Virus record (IMG/VR): IMGVR_UViG_3300029305_005724
Location: 96,001 to 160,000 of that record
Origin: a virus
Taxonomy: Duplodnaviria; Caudoviricetes
Direction: 5' to 3' (one strand)
Length of the DNA stretch: 64,000 bases
Below the pieces are notes generated by a model. The model ran no database searches and was not told the DNA's origin. It saw only the letters and a list, made by a program, of their open reading frames with translations. Each line of letters opens with the position of its first letter. Position 1 is the first letter of the stretch. Of the stretch, positions 51,614 to 61,223 are shown in pieces. A program made the position numbers and the translations under genes.

Positions 51614-51629
51614 CAGAAATCGTTTAAAT

Positions 51630-53117
51630 TTACGAATTTGCATTTATCAGTTCATACTCACGAATCTCCATATTATAGTCTCTTATTATCGACTCCCTAT
51701 CTCTATCAGAGAAGTATTGTTCAGCAGAGGCTTGATACGTTCCAGGTTTTCTATTATTTTTTCGTTTATTGTTTTTCTTCTTTTTGGGTTTTGGCTGTAA
51801 CTTCTTAGCTTCAGCTTCTTCTTTTAATCTTTTTTGTTCTTCTTCATACGCATCCTGATCAGGAAATCTATATGAAGATCTTGCTACAATTCTTGGGCCT
51901 TCAGGATATACTCTGGCTAAAGTATAATCTTTATTTTGGGTTTCATTATGTAGCGTTTTTATATCTTCTACCAGCTTTACTAAATATCTATATTGAGAAG
52001 AATTAAGGTCTTCCTCTCTCTTCTTAGCTAGCATTTCTGTCAAAATATGCTGTTCAGTTTTTCGATCTCCAGGCAGATTATTTTGAAATTCTTTTGTGTC
52101 TGTATGCATAAACCATCCGTTATACGATCCAAATCTTTGCAATTTCTTAATTGTAAATCTTCCACTATAAAGAGATCTATTTGCTCTTATGGCATGATTA
52201 ATAATCCTAGGTCTTAAATCAGTTTTATCAAATGTGAACCTAAAACCAATAAAATCAATAGGATTTTCATCAGTAATTTCTACAACTTCAGAAGTTTCTT
52301 TTAACCAAAGGCCAAATTCGCTTCTAAGAAGATTGTCTATATCTTTCATAAGATTTTCAAGCTTTCTCTTATTGCTGCCTAATATAATCATATCATCCAT
52401 ATATCTTATATATTTATCTACTCCATATTTAGGCATGAGGACTTCTCGTATCTTATGATCAAATGCTTGTAAATAAAAATTAGCAAACCATTGAGATGTG
52501 TAATAGCCTAATGGTAAACCTTTTCCTGTTTTACTTGGTACTGAATAAATGATTTTTCGACAAAGATCTAAAATTTCTTTATCTTTTATTCTTTGCTCTA
52601 GCAAAATCATCAATCGTTCTCGATTTATATTCTCAAAGAATTTCTTTATATCCATTCTAAGACAATATTTATATTTCTTTCTAGTAGGAATTTGCCCAGG
52701 TTTATCATTACTTGTATCTAGGCATTTTTCAATAAAATTTTTAGCATAAAAGGTTCCTCGACCTTTTATGCTGGCACAGCACCACTGGTCCATACCTTTC
52801 ATCAAAACAGGCTGAATTGCCAATATAAGAGACCAATGTATAAATTGATCTGGAAATATAGCAGGAGCCTGGATAAATCGTATCTTATTGCTTCCTTTAT
52901 CTGAACGATAACTTTCTCGAGGTTTTCGGGGTTTAAATGAGCGCTCGGCAAGAATTCTGCCAGCCTCAGCAATATAAAAATCTTTGTTCTGCATAATCAT
53001 AAAAGACATAGAACCAGGAAGGCTCTTATGCTTTTTATCACGCATAACACCTTGAAACGCTTCTAGCATTCTTGGATACGATAGCATAGTCTCGTATAGA
53101 TTTCCAACACGCTTCAC
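51630..53117 (-). CDS. DGR reverse transcriptase
   Basis: MDIKKFF, GLPLGYYTSQWFAN (DGR-type SQ), RYMDD; GTG start with AAAGGAG RBS; adjacent TR. Confidence 0.96.
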   Translation of the reverse strand: MKRVGNLYETMLSYPRMLEAFQGVMRDKKHKSLPGSMSFMIMQNKDFYIAEAGRILAERSFKPRKPRESYRSDKGSNKIRFIQAPAIFPDQFIHWSLILAIQPVLMKGMDQWCCASIKGRGTFYAKNFIEKCLDTSNDKPGQIPTRKKYKYCLRMDIKKFFENINRERLMILLEQRIKDKEILDLCRKIIYSVPSKTGKGLPLGYYTSQWFANFYLQAFDHKIREVLMPKYGVDKYIRYMDDMIILGSNKRKLENLMKDIDNLLRSEFGLWLKETSEVVEITDENPIDFIGFRFTFDKTDLRPRIINHAIRANRSLYSGRFTIKKLQRFGSYNGWFMHTDTKEFQNNLPGDRKTEQHILTEMLAKKREEDLNSSQYRYLVKLVEDIKTLHNETQNKDYTLARVYPEGPRIVARSSYRFPDQDAYEEEQKRLKEEAEAKKLQPKPKKKKNNKRKNNRKPGTYQASAEQYFSDRDRESIIRDYNMEIREYELINANS

Positions 53118-53472
53118 TTAAAAGAACATCTCCTTTCATAATTATTTGCTATCTCAGGATTACTCCATATACGTCAAATAAATTCGATGACTGCAACTGT
53201 ATGATTAACTTACCTTAACCCAACGCACAGCCCTAACGGGGTTTCGAATCATTTCTGATCTACTAACTCATTTCGAGACGGGCAAATTTTACTGAATTTA
53301 ATCAGCAAGGAATTTTCGGTGCTAGAAATCTATTTACTAACTTTATTATGCATACGATACTTAGGGATGAAGCTAAAGAAACCGTATATAAAGGAAGCAA
53401 TAGATTCGGCATCTACCGCAATAGTATCACTTATCCGAGATAAGTGTCTCGAACTATTGTCCTGTGCAGGGC

Positions 53473-53623
53473 TAGGCCGCAACAAGGCGCCCGACATAAT
53501 TGTCGTTGTTGTTGTTGGGATTGTTGTTGATGTTGGCGTAGAAGGGACCAGCATTCGCCAGGTTATTCCTGTAGCTACCACCGACATTGGCAACATAGCC
53601 GGAGTTGTCGTTGACGTAAAGAT
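53473..53623 (-). repeat. DGR template repeat (TR)
   Basis: 151 nt, colinear with 54008-54158; 15 AAY codons in target frame. Confidence 0.97.
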
Positions 53624-53901
53624 CCAAAAATCCCTCCGAAGAATTTCCACCGAATTACCTTGGTTTTGCAATTTCAACGCCCAATTGCAAGTCAATCTCA
53701 GAAGTCGACTAATGGAAGAAGAAATTATATAGCAAAACTTATTAAAAAAGTTATTTGATGTAATTTTTAAATCCTGCTTAATAGATGTCTTTTTATATAA
53801 ATTTTCAAAATTTTTCATGGTTATGATATTTCTATTTAATGCCATATTATGCATATTATATCACCTCCCATCAATGAATAGTTGCATGATTAATAAGTTA
53901 C

Positions 53902-53962
53902 AAAAAAAAAGAAGTCCCATTACACTCGCTCCGCTGCCGCTTCGCTTTAGTGTAATGGGACT
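53902..53962 (-). terminator. terminator after DGR target gene
   Basis: AGTCCCATTACACT/AGTGTAATGGGACT stem followed by T tract on minus strand. Confidence 0.8.
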
Positions 53963-53966
53963 GAGT

Positions 53967-54005
53967 GTAGGGGGCCGCGGCCCCCTACGACCCTCAACTC
54001 GAGGG
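53967..54005. promoter_or_regulatory. DGR target-recognition hairpins downstream of VR
   Basis: Perfect 22-bp palindrome GTAGGGGGCCGCGGCCCCCTAC and CCCTC-AACTC-GAGGG just after the target stop codon. Confidence 0.8.
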
Positions 54006-54006
54006 G

Positions 54007-55458
54007 TTAGGCCGCAACAAGGCGCCCGACATAACCGTCGATGCTGTCGTAGGGATTGTAGTCGACGACGGCGCAGAAGGGACCAGCATTCGCCAGGTTA
54101 CCCCAGTAGCCACCACCGACATAGGCAACACAGCCGGAGTCGCCGCCGACGCAAAGATAATCTGGCCAACCAATTGTAGAATCAGACTGACCAACAGATG
54201 CAAAAATAGCCGCTCCCCCAAGTACAGGAGACATTTCTGTAGGATACAGAGATTCCCATACAGGCAAAGAATGACCAACAGAAGTATACGAACTTGTATC
54301 TTCACCGTCATATGCATCTTTATAAGGCGGGCAATCCTTAATCAAAATAGATGATTCAGACTCAATCTGAATGCCATCACACCAAGAATAAGTATTACCC
54401 CACATATTTTCGATACCGAAGCATTTAACTCCAGTACCCTTATTCTTACCACCAAAGAAGAGACCCTTGGTGTCCATAGTACCGGCATTAATCAATCCAG
54501 ATGTACCAGTGCCTACGCTAATATTACCATAACCAACTGCCGCCTGGCATTCACGAGTTTTGGTAACAAGCATGAGAAGACCAAGAATATAATATCTCTT
54601 ACACCAGTCTTCCATGCCATATTTAGCACCCATAGCTTTGCAATTTGTGCGATAGTTCTGATAAGTCCAATAGTTTTCACCATTACTTACACTCTTACCG
54701 CTCAAGCTACGAGCCTTATTATTTTCCGCATCGCCATACGCTTCATATGCACCGAAATACATATAATCGCGAACAGTTCCTGCAACTCCATCGCTGCCAT
54801 CCATGGTCTTAAATGCAGAAGTTACAAATCCGTCTGCAGATCTGTCATAGTTAGCAACCTGGAATGTTAGAATATTTCCAGACTTAGAATACTTATACCA
54901 AGTCTTCTTAAATTCGACCATTACATCTCCAGCAGCGCCAGAAGTAATGTCGGCATCGGCACCAGTAACTGTCTTGCTATAATTATTAGGATTAAGATAA
55001 ACAGATCTGGCACCATCTTTATATAGACAGGGCTTTACTCCCCATCCGCCGGTAATAATCTCTTCCCAGTCGCCATAGTTACATTCACCGGTTTCGAGAT
55101 TTACCGAAAGAGGATTAAGACCTACAGCATCATCGATGTATGTAACTGCAGATTCAGGATCTGTATTACTCATATCGATACTAATACCATAGGTAACCTG
55201 AGTAAGATTGACGTCGATCACTTCTGCTGCCGTAATAGTAATATTTCTAGATCCAGAAGCGGTACTAGAAATAACCCAATCGCCGGCTTCAAGCCAGAAA
55301 GTGGACGTACCATCTGCGGGAGTTCTCTGAAGAACAGTTCCGCATCCTGCGCATGTAATGGTTGCATGAGCTGCAGTAGTTACATTAACTTGCGCAATAA
55401 TCTTTTCGTCCGAGGAAGATGAACCTCCACCATAACGGGACATTAAAGCTTCACCCAT
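54007..55458 (-). CDS. DGR target, C-type lectin-fold receptor-binding/tail protein
   Basis: GIENMWGNTYSWCDG CLec-type motif, VR at C-terminus; GGAGGGAGG RBS favours ATG 55458. Confidence 0.9.
   Translation of the reverse strand: MGEALMSRYGGGSSSSDEKIIAQVNVTTAAHATITCAGCGTVLQRTPADGTSTFWLEAGDWVISSTASGSRNITITAAEVIDVNLTQVTYGISIDMSNTDPESAVTYIDDAVGLNPLSVNLETGECNYGDWEEIITGGWGVKPCLYKDGARSVYLNPNNYSKTVTGADADITSGAAGDVMVEFKKTWYKYSKSGNILTFQVANYDRSADGFVTSAFKTMDGSDGVAGTVRDYMYFGAYEAYGDAENNKARSLSGKSVSNGENYWTYQNYRTNCKAMGAKYGMEDWCKRYYILGLLMLVTKTRECQAAVGYGNISVGTGTSGLINAGTMDTKGLFFGGKNKGTGVKCFGIENMWGNTYSWCDGIQIESESSILIKDCPPYKDAYDGEDTSSYTSVGHSLPVWESLYPTEMSPVLGGAAIFASVGQSDSTIGWPDYLCVGGDSGCVAYVGGGYWGNLANAGPFCAVVDYNPYDSIDGYVGRLVAA
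54008..54158 (-). repeat. DGR variable repeat (VR)
   Basis: 23 differences from TR, all at TR adenines of the coding strand. Confidence 0.97.
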
Positions 55459-55570
55459 TACAGAGCACCTCCCTCCGTACAATCAATACCCTTTTAACGC
55501 TGTTAAAAAGCCCCGTGAGAAGTTTTCGAATCACTTGACATGGGGGGGGGGTGTTACGAATTTTAATCAT
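55451..55570 (-). CDS. 39-aa leader ORF containing a C10 tract
   Basis: AAAGGAGG RBS, promoter 55596-55607; MIKIRNTPPPCQVIRKLLTGLFNSVKRVLIVRREVLCNG; stop overlaps target start. Confidence 0.7.
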   Translation of the reverse strand: MIKIRNTPPPCQVIRKLLTGLFNSVKRVLIVRREVLCNG

Positions 55571-55678
55571 ATTTAAATTCCTCCTTTATTGGAATTATTA
55601 AATAGTTTTCACGTTTTTGAATTATAATTAACGCTTTTACTACCTTTAAATATGTAAATGAGGGACGGTAAATCCCTC

Positions 55679-56494
55679 TTAGAACAGTCGATAGTTCTTT
55701 ATTGCCAAAAATACATGTGGCGGTAAAATATTTCGATTTTCATCAGCTAGCGATCGTATTCGACTCTCTTTAGCCTCTTTATACTTAAAAAGTTTTAAAA
55801 TTTCGAATTGTGACATCTGCCCACTCATAAGAGCTTCAATGCGGTCTTTTTCAAAGTCTTTTACTTGAACTTTTGCATTTATAAAGTTCGGAAGTATAAG
55901 ACATTTATAAGGACCGTATTCCTCATTTCCTGGGCAAAGGACGTCTTTATCGACAACCATATCATACATAGAATTGTAAGGTACCGAATAAAAAGATGCT
56001 GTAAACCAAGCAGCAAAGTACTGAAAGTTCCACCATTCTGGGTGTACACTTTTGTGTCTTTCTCTCTTTACATAGCATCTATCTAAGATTCCTCGCCATC
56101 TAGAGTATACCATTCTTTCAAATGGATTTCCATCGACCCTATAAGGTCCAACGCCAATACAACCTATTCCTAAGATAGATTTAGCATATGGATCTTTAAG
56201 TTCGCCTTTATTAATATTATTTGCTCTAGCAAGCATTCGATAACCGCTATTTAAAAATATAACAGCTATTTTGTCATAATTAAAATACTCAGTTACCATA
56301 AACTCGCCACAGTTTTTAGATAAGAATACATTTCCAGTGTATTTATTATCTGATGAAGTTGTGTTGTAGATATTAATTACTCGATCTCTTCTTAATTCTT
56401 GTAATACTTCGTCAAATGCTAGCTGCTCTTGAATCTCATACCGCTTTATTTCTAGTTTTAATGTTTCATATAAAGGATTCATCGGTTCTATCAT
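55679..56494 (-). CDS. free-standing HNH-family homing-endonuclease-like protein
   Basis: YSRWRGILDRCY, EWWNFQYFAAWF, VDKDVL-x2-NEEYGPYKC-x4-NFIN; AAGGGGTG RBS favours ATG 56494. Confidence 0.75.
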   Translation of the reverse strand: MIEPMNPLYETLKLEIKRYEIQEQLAFDEVLQELRRDRVINIYNTTSSDNKYTGNVFLSKNCGEFMVTEYFNYDKIAVIFLNSGYRMLARANNINKGELKDPYAKSILGIGCIGVGPYRVDGNPFERMVYSRWRGILDRCYVKRERHKSVHPEWWNFQYFAAWFTASFYSVPYNSMYDMVVDKDVLCPGNEEYGPYKCLILPNFINAKVQVKDFEKDRIEALMSGQMSQFEILKLFKYKEAKESRIRSLADENRNILPPHVFLAIKNYRLF

Positions 56495-56749
56495 TATAAT
56501 CACCCCTTTATCACAAAAATATATTGTACATACCGCCATTTCAACAGGCAGTATGTACAATCAACTATTTTAGCTCATGAGAAATTAACAGCTTATAATA
56601 TAGTTTCAGATGATGTAAAAGTCTATAATTCTTTACCGCCAGTATCGTAGGCAAATGTAAGGTTCTTCATTATGGTTATATATTATAAATTTGAAGAGAA
56701 AGCTTTAAAAGTTTTCTCTATTTATTTTCCATAAGGAGGAATTTATATC

Positions 56750-57337
56750 ATGTCTATTTATTGTGATGAAAGACGTAGATCTTTCAATGAAGATTATAAA
56801 GATGTAAGGATTGATGAGGAAGGAGGCAAGTATAGTTATGCTATTCATATCCCTAGAGCTTATGCTAGAATGGAAACTAATGTAAGACCTGATTTTAAAG
56901 ATCTTGAAAATGTTCCAAACTACACACTTTATATAACAAGGCAAGTTGGATCAGTTCTCAATATGAGAGATACCAATATCTATTACAGACTTCCAAGTGG
57001 ACGCTTGGTAAGAATTCTTCTCCATCCACGCGGAGGAGTTAGTATAGATAAACTAGATCATAAGTATCTTATAAGAGAAACTGATGAGTTAGATCGTCGC
57101 ATTATATTAGGATTTTGTTTACTAAATTATACAGAATTGAAATCAGAATGCTATGATGATAAACCTTTTAAGTCATTACATTTGGAGGATGCTGCATTTA
57201 ATTATAGATGCAGTAAAATGCCTAAGAGACTTAAATTAGGACCTTTAAATAATTTTATCTATATCTCAAGGCCATTGAAAGCTTATGAAGAATCCAAAAT
57301 ATTCTCAAGTGTTAGGTTTCTAAATGAAACTGCATAA
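56750..57337 (+). CDS. hypothetical protein
   Basis: GGAGG RBS, promoter 56679, terminator near 57343. Confidence 0.7.
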   Translation: MSIYCDERRRSFNEDYKDVRIDEEGGKYSYAIHIPRAYARMETNVRPDFKDLENVPNYTLYITRQVGSVLNMRDTNIYYRLPSGRLVRILLHPRGGVSIDKLDHKYLIRETDELDRRIILGFCLLNYTELKSECYDDKPFKSLHLEDAAFNYRCSKMPKRLKLGPLNNFIYISRPLKAYEESKIFSSVRFLNETA

Positions 57338-57425
57338 ACACTCAGGGAGTAAGGTTTCCTTACTCCCTGTTCTTTTTTGTACTCAGAACTTAATAATAAG
57401 TGATTTAGATAGGAGGTAGAGATAC

Positions 57426-60400
57426 ATGTATTCCTATAATGAAGCAGTATTGGATCAGGTAATTGCTAATTCCTTGAAAAAGAAAGGTATTAAGAATACT
57501 ACTGATTCGATAAAAGAGCTTAATGGCAAAAATGCCATTATAGATACTTCCTCTATTCAATATAAAGAAGATGAGGCTTATATGAATTCTCTAAAAAACC
57601 TTTGCCAAAAACTTGAAGGTTATAGAGAAAAGATCATTTATATTCCTGTATCGAAATGGTATAGGAAAGATCAAAATGCTATTGAGGAATCTAAAACTCC
57701 TCTCGGAGCTATTTGTAGATATATAAAGAAAGCTCCTACAGAATTTAAGAAAGTATTTTCAGATTATATCTTTATTTTTTATAATGAAAATAAAGAAAGT
57801 TTTGCACTTTATGCAGATCAATATAAGGCAACGGAATATAAGATTGTTTCTGAGCTAATAAGTACTCTTATAATGAATGCAACTCCAACTGTTAAGAGAT
57901 TTTCTTCCGAATCGAAGGATGATAATGAAAATAAATCTCCAGTTAAAGATGTTGTTACGGATACGAAAGAGGCAGATAAGGAAGAAACCAAGGCAAAGAA
58001 ACAGGATCTTATTGATGCTATTAATGCAGCGTCTGAATCTTCAGAAACTGAAGAAGAAGCATGGGAGAAATTAAATTCTGATGAGTATATTAAATCTCTT
58101 ATTGCTGAACTTGATGAAGAAGATGATGGCAAGCCCAAATTTAATGCGGCTAGAACTGAAAGAATGTCCAAGCTCAATGATGAATTCTTAAATAAGAAAG
58201 TTGTTGGAGATAAGACTATACGTCAGCTCATTTCAAAACCAGCAGTTAAGCTTGAGCCTAAGCATTTGAAGGTGACTTCGATTAATGAAGAATGGGACGA
58301 TATGAAGTTTCTTAGCTTCAATAATCAGTATAATATTAGTGCAGATATTTATGCTGCTCTTTATCATCTTTCGAAAACAAGCTATCCTATTAATGTAGTC
58401 GAAACTAAGGTGGAAGATACTTCTACTAATATGGACTATATTGAAACTTATACTGTGACTGTTGAAGATGGTTTTGGTAAGAGATCTACACTTGTATTTG
58501 ATGTGCCGAAATTTAAAAATAATCGTTTCATGAGACTTCGTGGAAATGAAAAGGTTATGTCTGGACAGCTTCTTTTACTTCCTTGTCTTAAAACAGATGA
58601 AGACACTGTACAGTGCGTAAGTAACTATAACAAAATATTTATTCGCCGTCATGGCTTACAAGGAAGATCATATCCATCTGTGGATAAGCTTCTAAAAGCT
58701 TTAAGAAAGCATGAAAATAATGCTGCAATTAAAGTATATTTTGGTGATAATAAAGCTATTTGCTCTAAATACGAACTTCCTGTTGATTATATAGATTTGG
58801 CTTCTGAAGTTAATAGGATTGAAACAAAAGAAAAGACCTATTTCTTTAATCAAGATGAGTATTATACTCATTATAAAATTGAAAAGAAGAATGGCATTCC
58901 ATATGCTATTAATAAAGCAGATGAATCGGTATGCTATTATGCTGATAATAATCAAGGATTATTATCATACGTAATAGCAAAAGAACTTGGTTTTGTTTCT
59001 GAGGACTTTAGATCACTCTATAATAGTATTAAACCAGCATCTAGACTCAATTATTCCGAGGCAAGTATTCTTGCGAATAAAATTCCTCTTATTGTGCTTT
59101 TAGGATATTCTCTTGGTTTGCATAAAATTGCCAAGATAATGTGTGATACTAATGCTAAATTTTATGATGATAAGAGAACCAAATACGACCCCGATAAAGA
59201 GGCAGCAATTAAATTTTCTGATGGTTTATTTGTTTATCCTATTAATTATGCAACTTCCATGCTCTTTAATGGTCTTGCAGAATGCCCGACAGAAAATTAT
59301 TCTATTGCAGATGTAGATTCGAGAGCCATGTGGCTAGACTTCCTTGATGATTTTGGGGGAAGAATCCTATCCGATGGTCTCGATAACTTCGTCGATCTAT
59401 TCGTAGATCCTATTACTGCAGAAGTTTGTGAGTATTGTGGAATTCCTTCAGATTATTTTGAAATGCTCATTTATGCAAATAATCTTCTTGCAGATAATAA
59501 ATATAATCGTCATACTGATATTTCTGGTAACCGCTATAGAACTACAGAGATTGTAGCTGGATATGTTTACAAAGCTCTTGCTAGAGCATATGTAGAGTAC
59601 AAAGCTCAGGTTAAGCGTGGTAGGAAAGTTGGTATTTCTATAAAGAGAAGTGCTGTTATCGATGGTATTATGGAAGACCCAATGTCCTCTGATTTGTCTA
59701 TCCTTAACCCGCTTCTTGAAATTGAAGCATCTAATTCCGTATCGTTTAAAGGCCTTTCTGGTATGAACTCTGATAGATCATATGGTCTCGATAAACGTAC
59801 ATATGATGATTCAATGATTAATAAACTTGCATTGTCTACTGGATTTGCTGCCAACGTTGGTATCAACAGGCAGACAACCGTAGATATGGACATTGAAGGA
59901 ACCCGTGGATATATCAAATCCACCAATCCTGATGATATGTCTGTAACTAAGACGTTTAGTATGACTGAAGCTGTTACTCCTTTCGGAACAACAAGAGATG
60001 ACCCGTTCCGTTCTGCGATGACATTTATTCAGACATCTAAACACTCTATGAGAACTCAAAAATCTATGCCTCTTCTTATTACCAATGGTGCGGATGAAGC
60101 CATGGCACATATAGCATCTGATACTTTTGCATTTAAAGCAAAAGAAGATGGAGAAGTTATAGAAATAATTGATAATAGTCATATGATTGTATCATATAAG
60201 AAACCTGTATACAACCAAGAGGGCCAAGCTTTTACATCTGAGTATGTTGATCTCAAAGAAGAAGTCAAGAAGAACTCTGATGGCGGTTTCTATATTACTC
60301 TTAAATTGGATACAGATCTTAAAGTTGGATCTAAATTTAAGAAAGGTGATATTATAGCATATGATAGAACCTCGTTCTCCAATAAGAATGGAGAGACAGA

Positions 60401-61223
60401 TAATCTTGCATACAACTTGGGAGTTTTGGCTAAGGTAGCAATTATGAATACCGATGAAGGTTTTGAAGACTCTACATCTGTATCTGATTGGCTGTCTGAA
60501 GCAATGGCTACCGATGTAGTTGTAGAAAAAGATGTTGATCTTTCTAAGGAAACTAACTTGTATCAGATTGTTAAAGTTGGGCAGTCTGTGCAGGAGGGCG
60601 ATCCTTTACTTATATTCCAAAATTCTTTCGATGAGAAAGATGCAAATATGCTCTTAAAGAATATCACAGATCCAGAATATGTATCGGATTTGGGAAGAAT
60701 TCGTCTTAAGAGTAAATATACTGGAGTAATTCAGGATATTAAGATTTATCGTACTTGCGAAATTGACGAAATGTCTGATAGTCTGAAAGCTCTTGTTACA
60801 AGTTATGAAAAGAAGATTCAAGAGACTAGAAAACTTTATAAGAAGCATAATATGCCTGGAGAAAATCTTCTTGATCCTGACTATAAGATGGCTCCAACAG
60901 GAATTATGAAGAATAATAATGATGGAATAAAAATTGTATTCTATATTAAATATTTTGATAAACTTTCCGTTGGAGATAAGACAGTTGCTCAGTCGGCAAA
61001 TAAAGGCGTTGTTAAAAACATCTTCCCTAAAGGATATGAGCCGTTCTCTGAGTATAGACCTGATGAGAAGATCCATGCTCTATATGCAGCTAGATCATTC
61101 AATGCTCGTATGGTTACTTCCGTATGGACATCTGGAGCTATAAATAAATGTATGATAGAATTGGATCGTCAGGTAAAAGAAATTATGGGTATTCCATGGA
61201 CTCCTTTGGAAGATATGGAATGA
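57426..61223 (+). CDS. RNA polymerase beta subunit, probably virion RNAP
   Basis: DDPFRSAM-x2-IQTSKH, GFEDS, VGDK-x5-NKGVV, FNARM; AACT-N6-TA promoter; adjacent to tape-measure-like gene. Confidence 0.9.
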   Translation: MYSYNEAVLDQVIANSLKKKGIKNTTDSIKELNGKNAIIDTSSIQYKEDEAYMNSLKNLCQKLEGYREKIIYIPVSKWYRKDQNAIEESKTPLGAICRYIKKAPTEFKKVFSDYIFIFYNENKESFALYADQYKATEYKIVSELISTLIMNATPTVKRFSSESKDDNENKSPVKDVVTDTKEADKEETKAKKQDLIDAINAASESSETEEEAWEKLNSDEYIKSLIAELDEEDDGKPKFNAARTERMSKLNDEFLNKKVVGDKTIRQLISKPAVKLEPKHLKVTSINEEWDDMKFLSFNNQYNISADIYAALYHLSKTSYPINVVETKVEDTSTNMDYIETYTVTVEDGFGKRSTLVFDVPKFKNNRFMRLRGNEKVMSGQLLLLPCLKTDEDTVQCVSNYNKIFIRRHGLQGRSYPSVDKLLKALRKHENNAAIKVYFGDNKAICSKYELPVDYIDLASEVNRIETKEKTYFFNQDEYYTHYKIEKKNGIPYAINKADESVCYYADNNQGLLSYVIAKELGFVSEDFRSLYNSIKPASRLNYSEASILANKIPLIVLLGYSLGLHKIAKIMCDTNAKFYDDKRTKYDPDKEAAIKFSDGLFVYPINYATSMLFNGLAECPTENYSIADVDSRAMWLDFLDDFGGRILSDGLDNFVDLFVDPITAEVCEYCGIPSDYFEMLIYANNLLADNKYNRHTDISGNRYRTTEIVAGYVYKALARAYVEYKAQVKRGRKVGISIKRSAVIDGIMEDPMSSDLSILNPLLEIEASNSVSFKGLSGMNSDRSYGLDKRTYDDSMINKLALSTGFAANVGINRQTTVDMDIEGTRGYIKSTNPDDMSVTKTFSMTEAVTPFGTTRDDPFRSAMTFIQTSKHSMRTQKSMPLLITNGADEAMAHIASDTFAFKAKEDGEVIEIIDNSHMIVSYKKPVYNQEGQAFTSEYVDLKEEVKKNSDGGFYITLKLDTDLKVGSKFKKGDIIAYDRTSFSNKNGETDNLAYNLGVLAKVAIMNTDEGFEDSTSVSDWLSEAMATDVVVEKDVDLSKETNLYQIVKVGQSVQEGDPLLIFQNSFDEKDANMLLKNITDPEYVSDLGRIRLKSKYTGVIQDIKIYRTCEIDEMSDSLKALVTSYEKKIQETRKLYKKHNMPGENLLDPDYKMAPTGIMKNNNDGIKIVFYIKYFDKLSVGDKTVAQSANKGVVKNIFPKGYEPFSEYRPDEKIHALYAARSFNARMVTSVWTSGAINKCMIELDRQVKEIMGIPWTPLEDME

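Noticed and set aside
53330-53854. 174-aa ORF across the TR as Avd (also 53319-53732, 53817-54179)
   Set aside because: Low-complexity translation of the TR; no Avd-like helical pattern.
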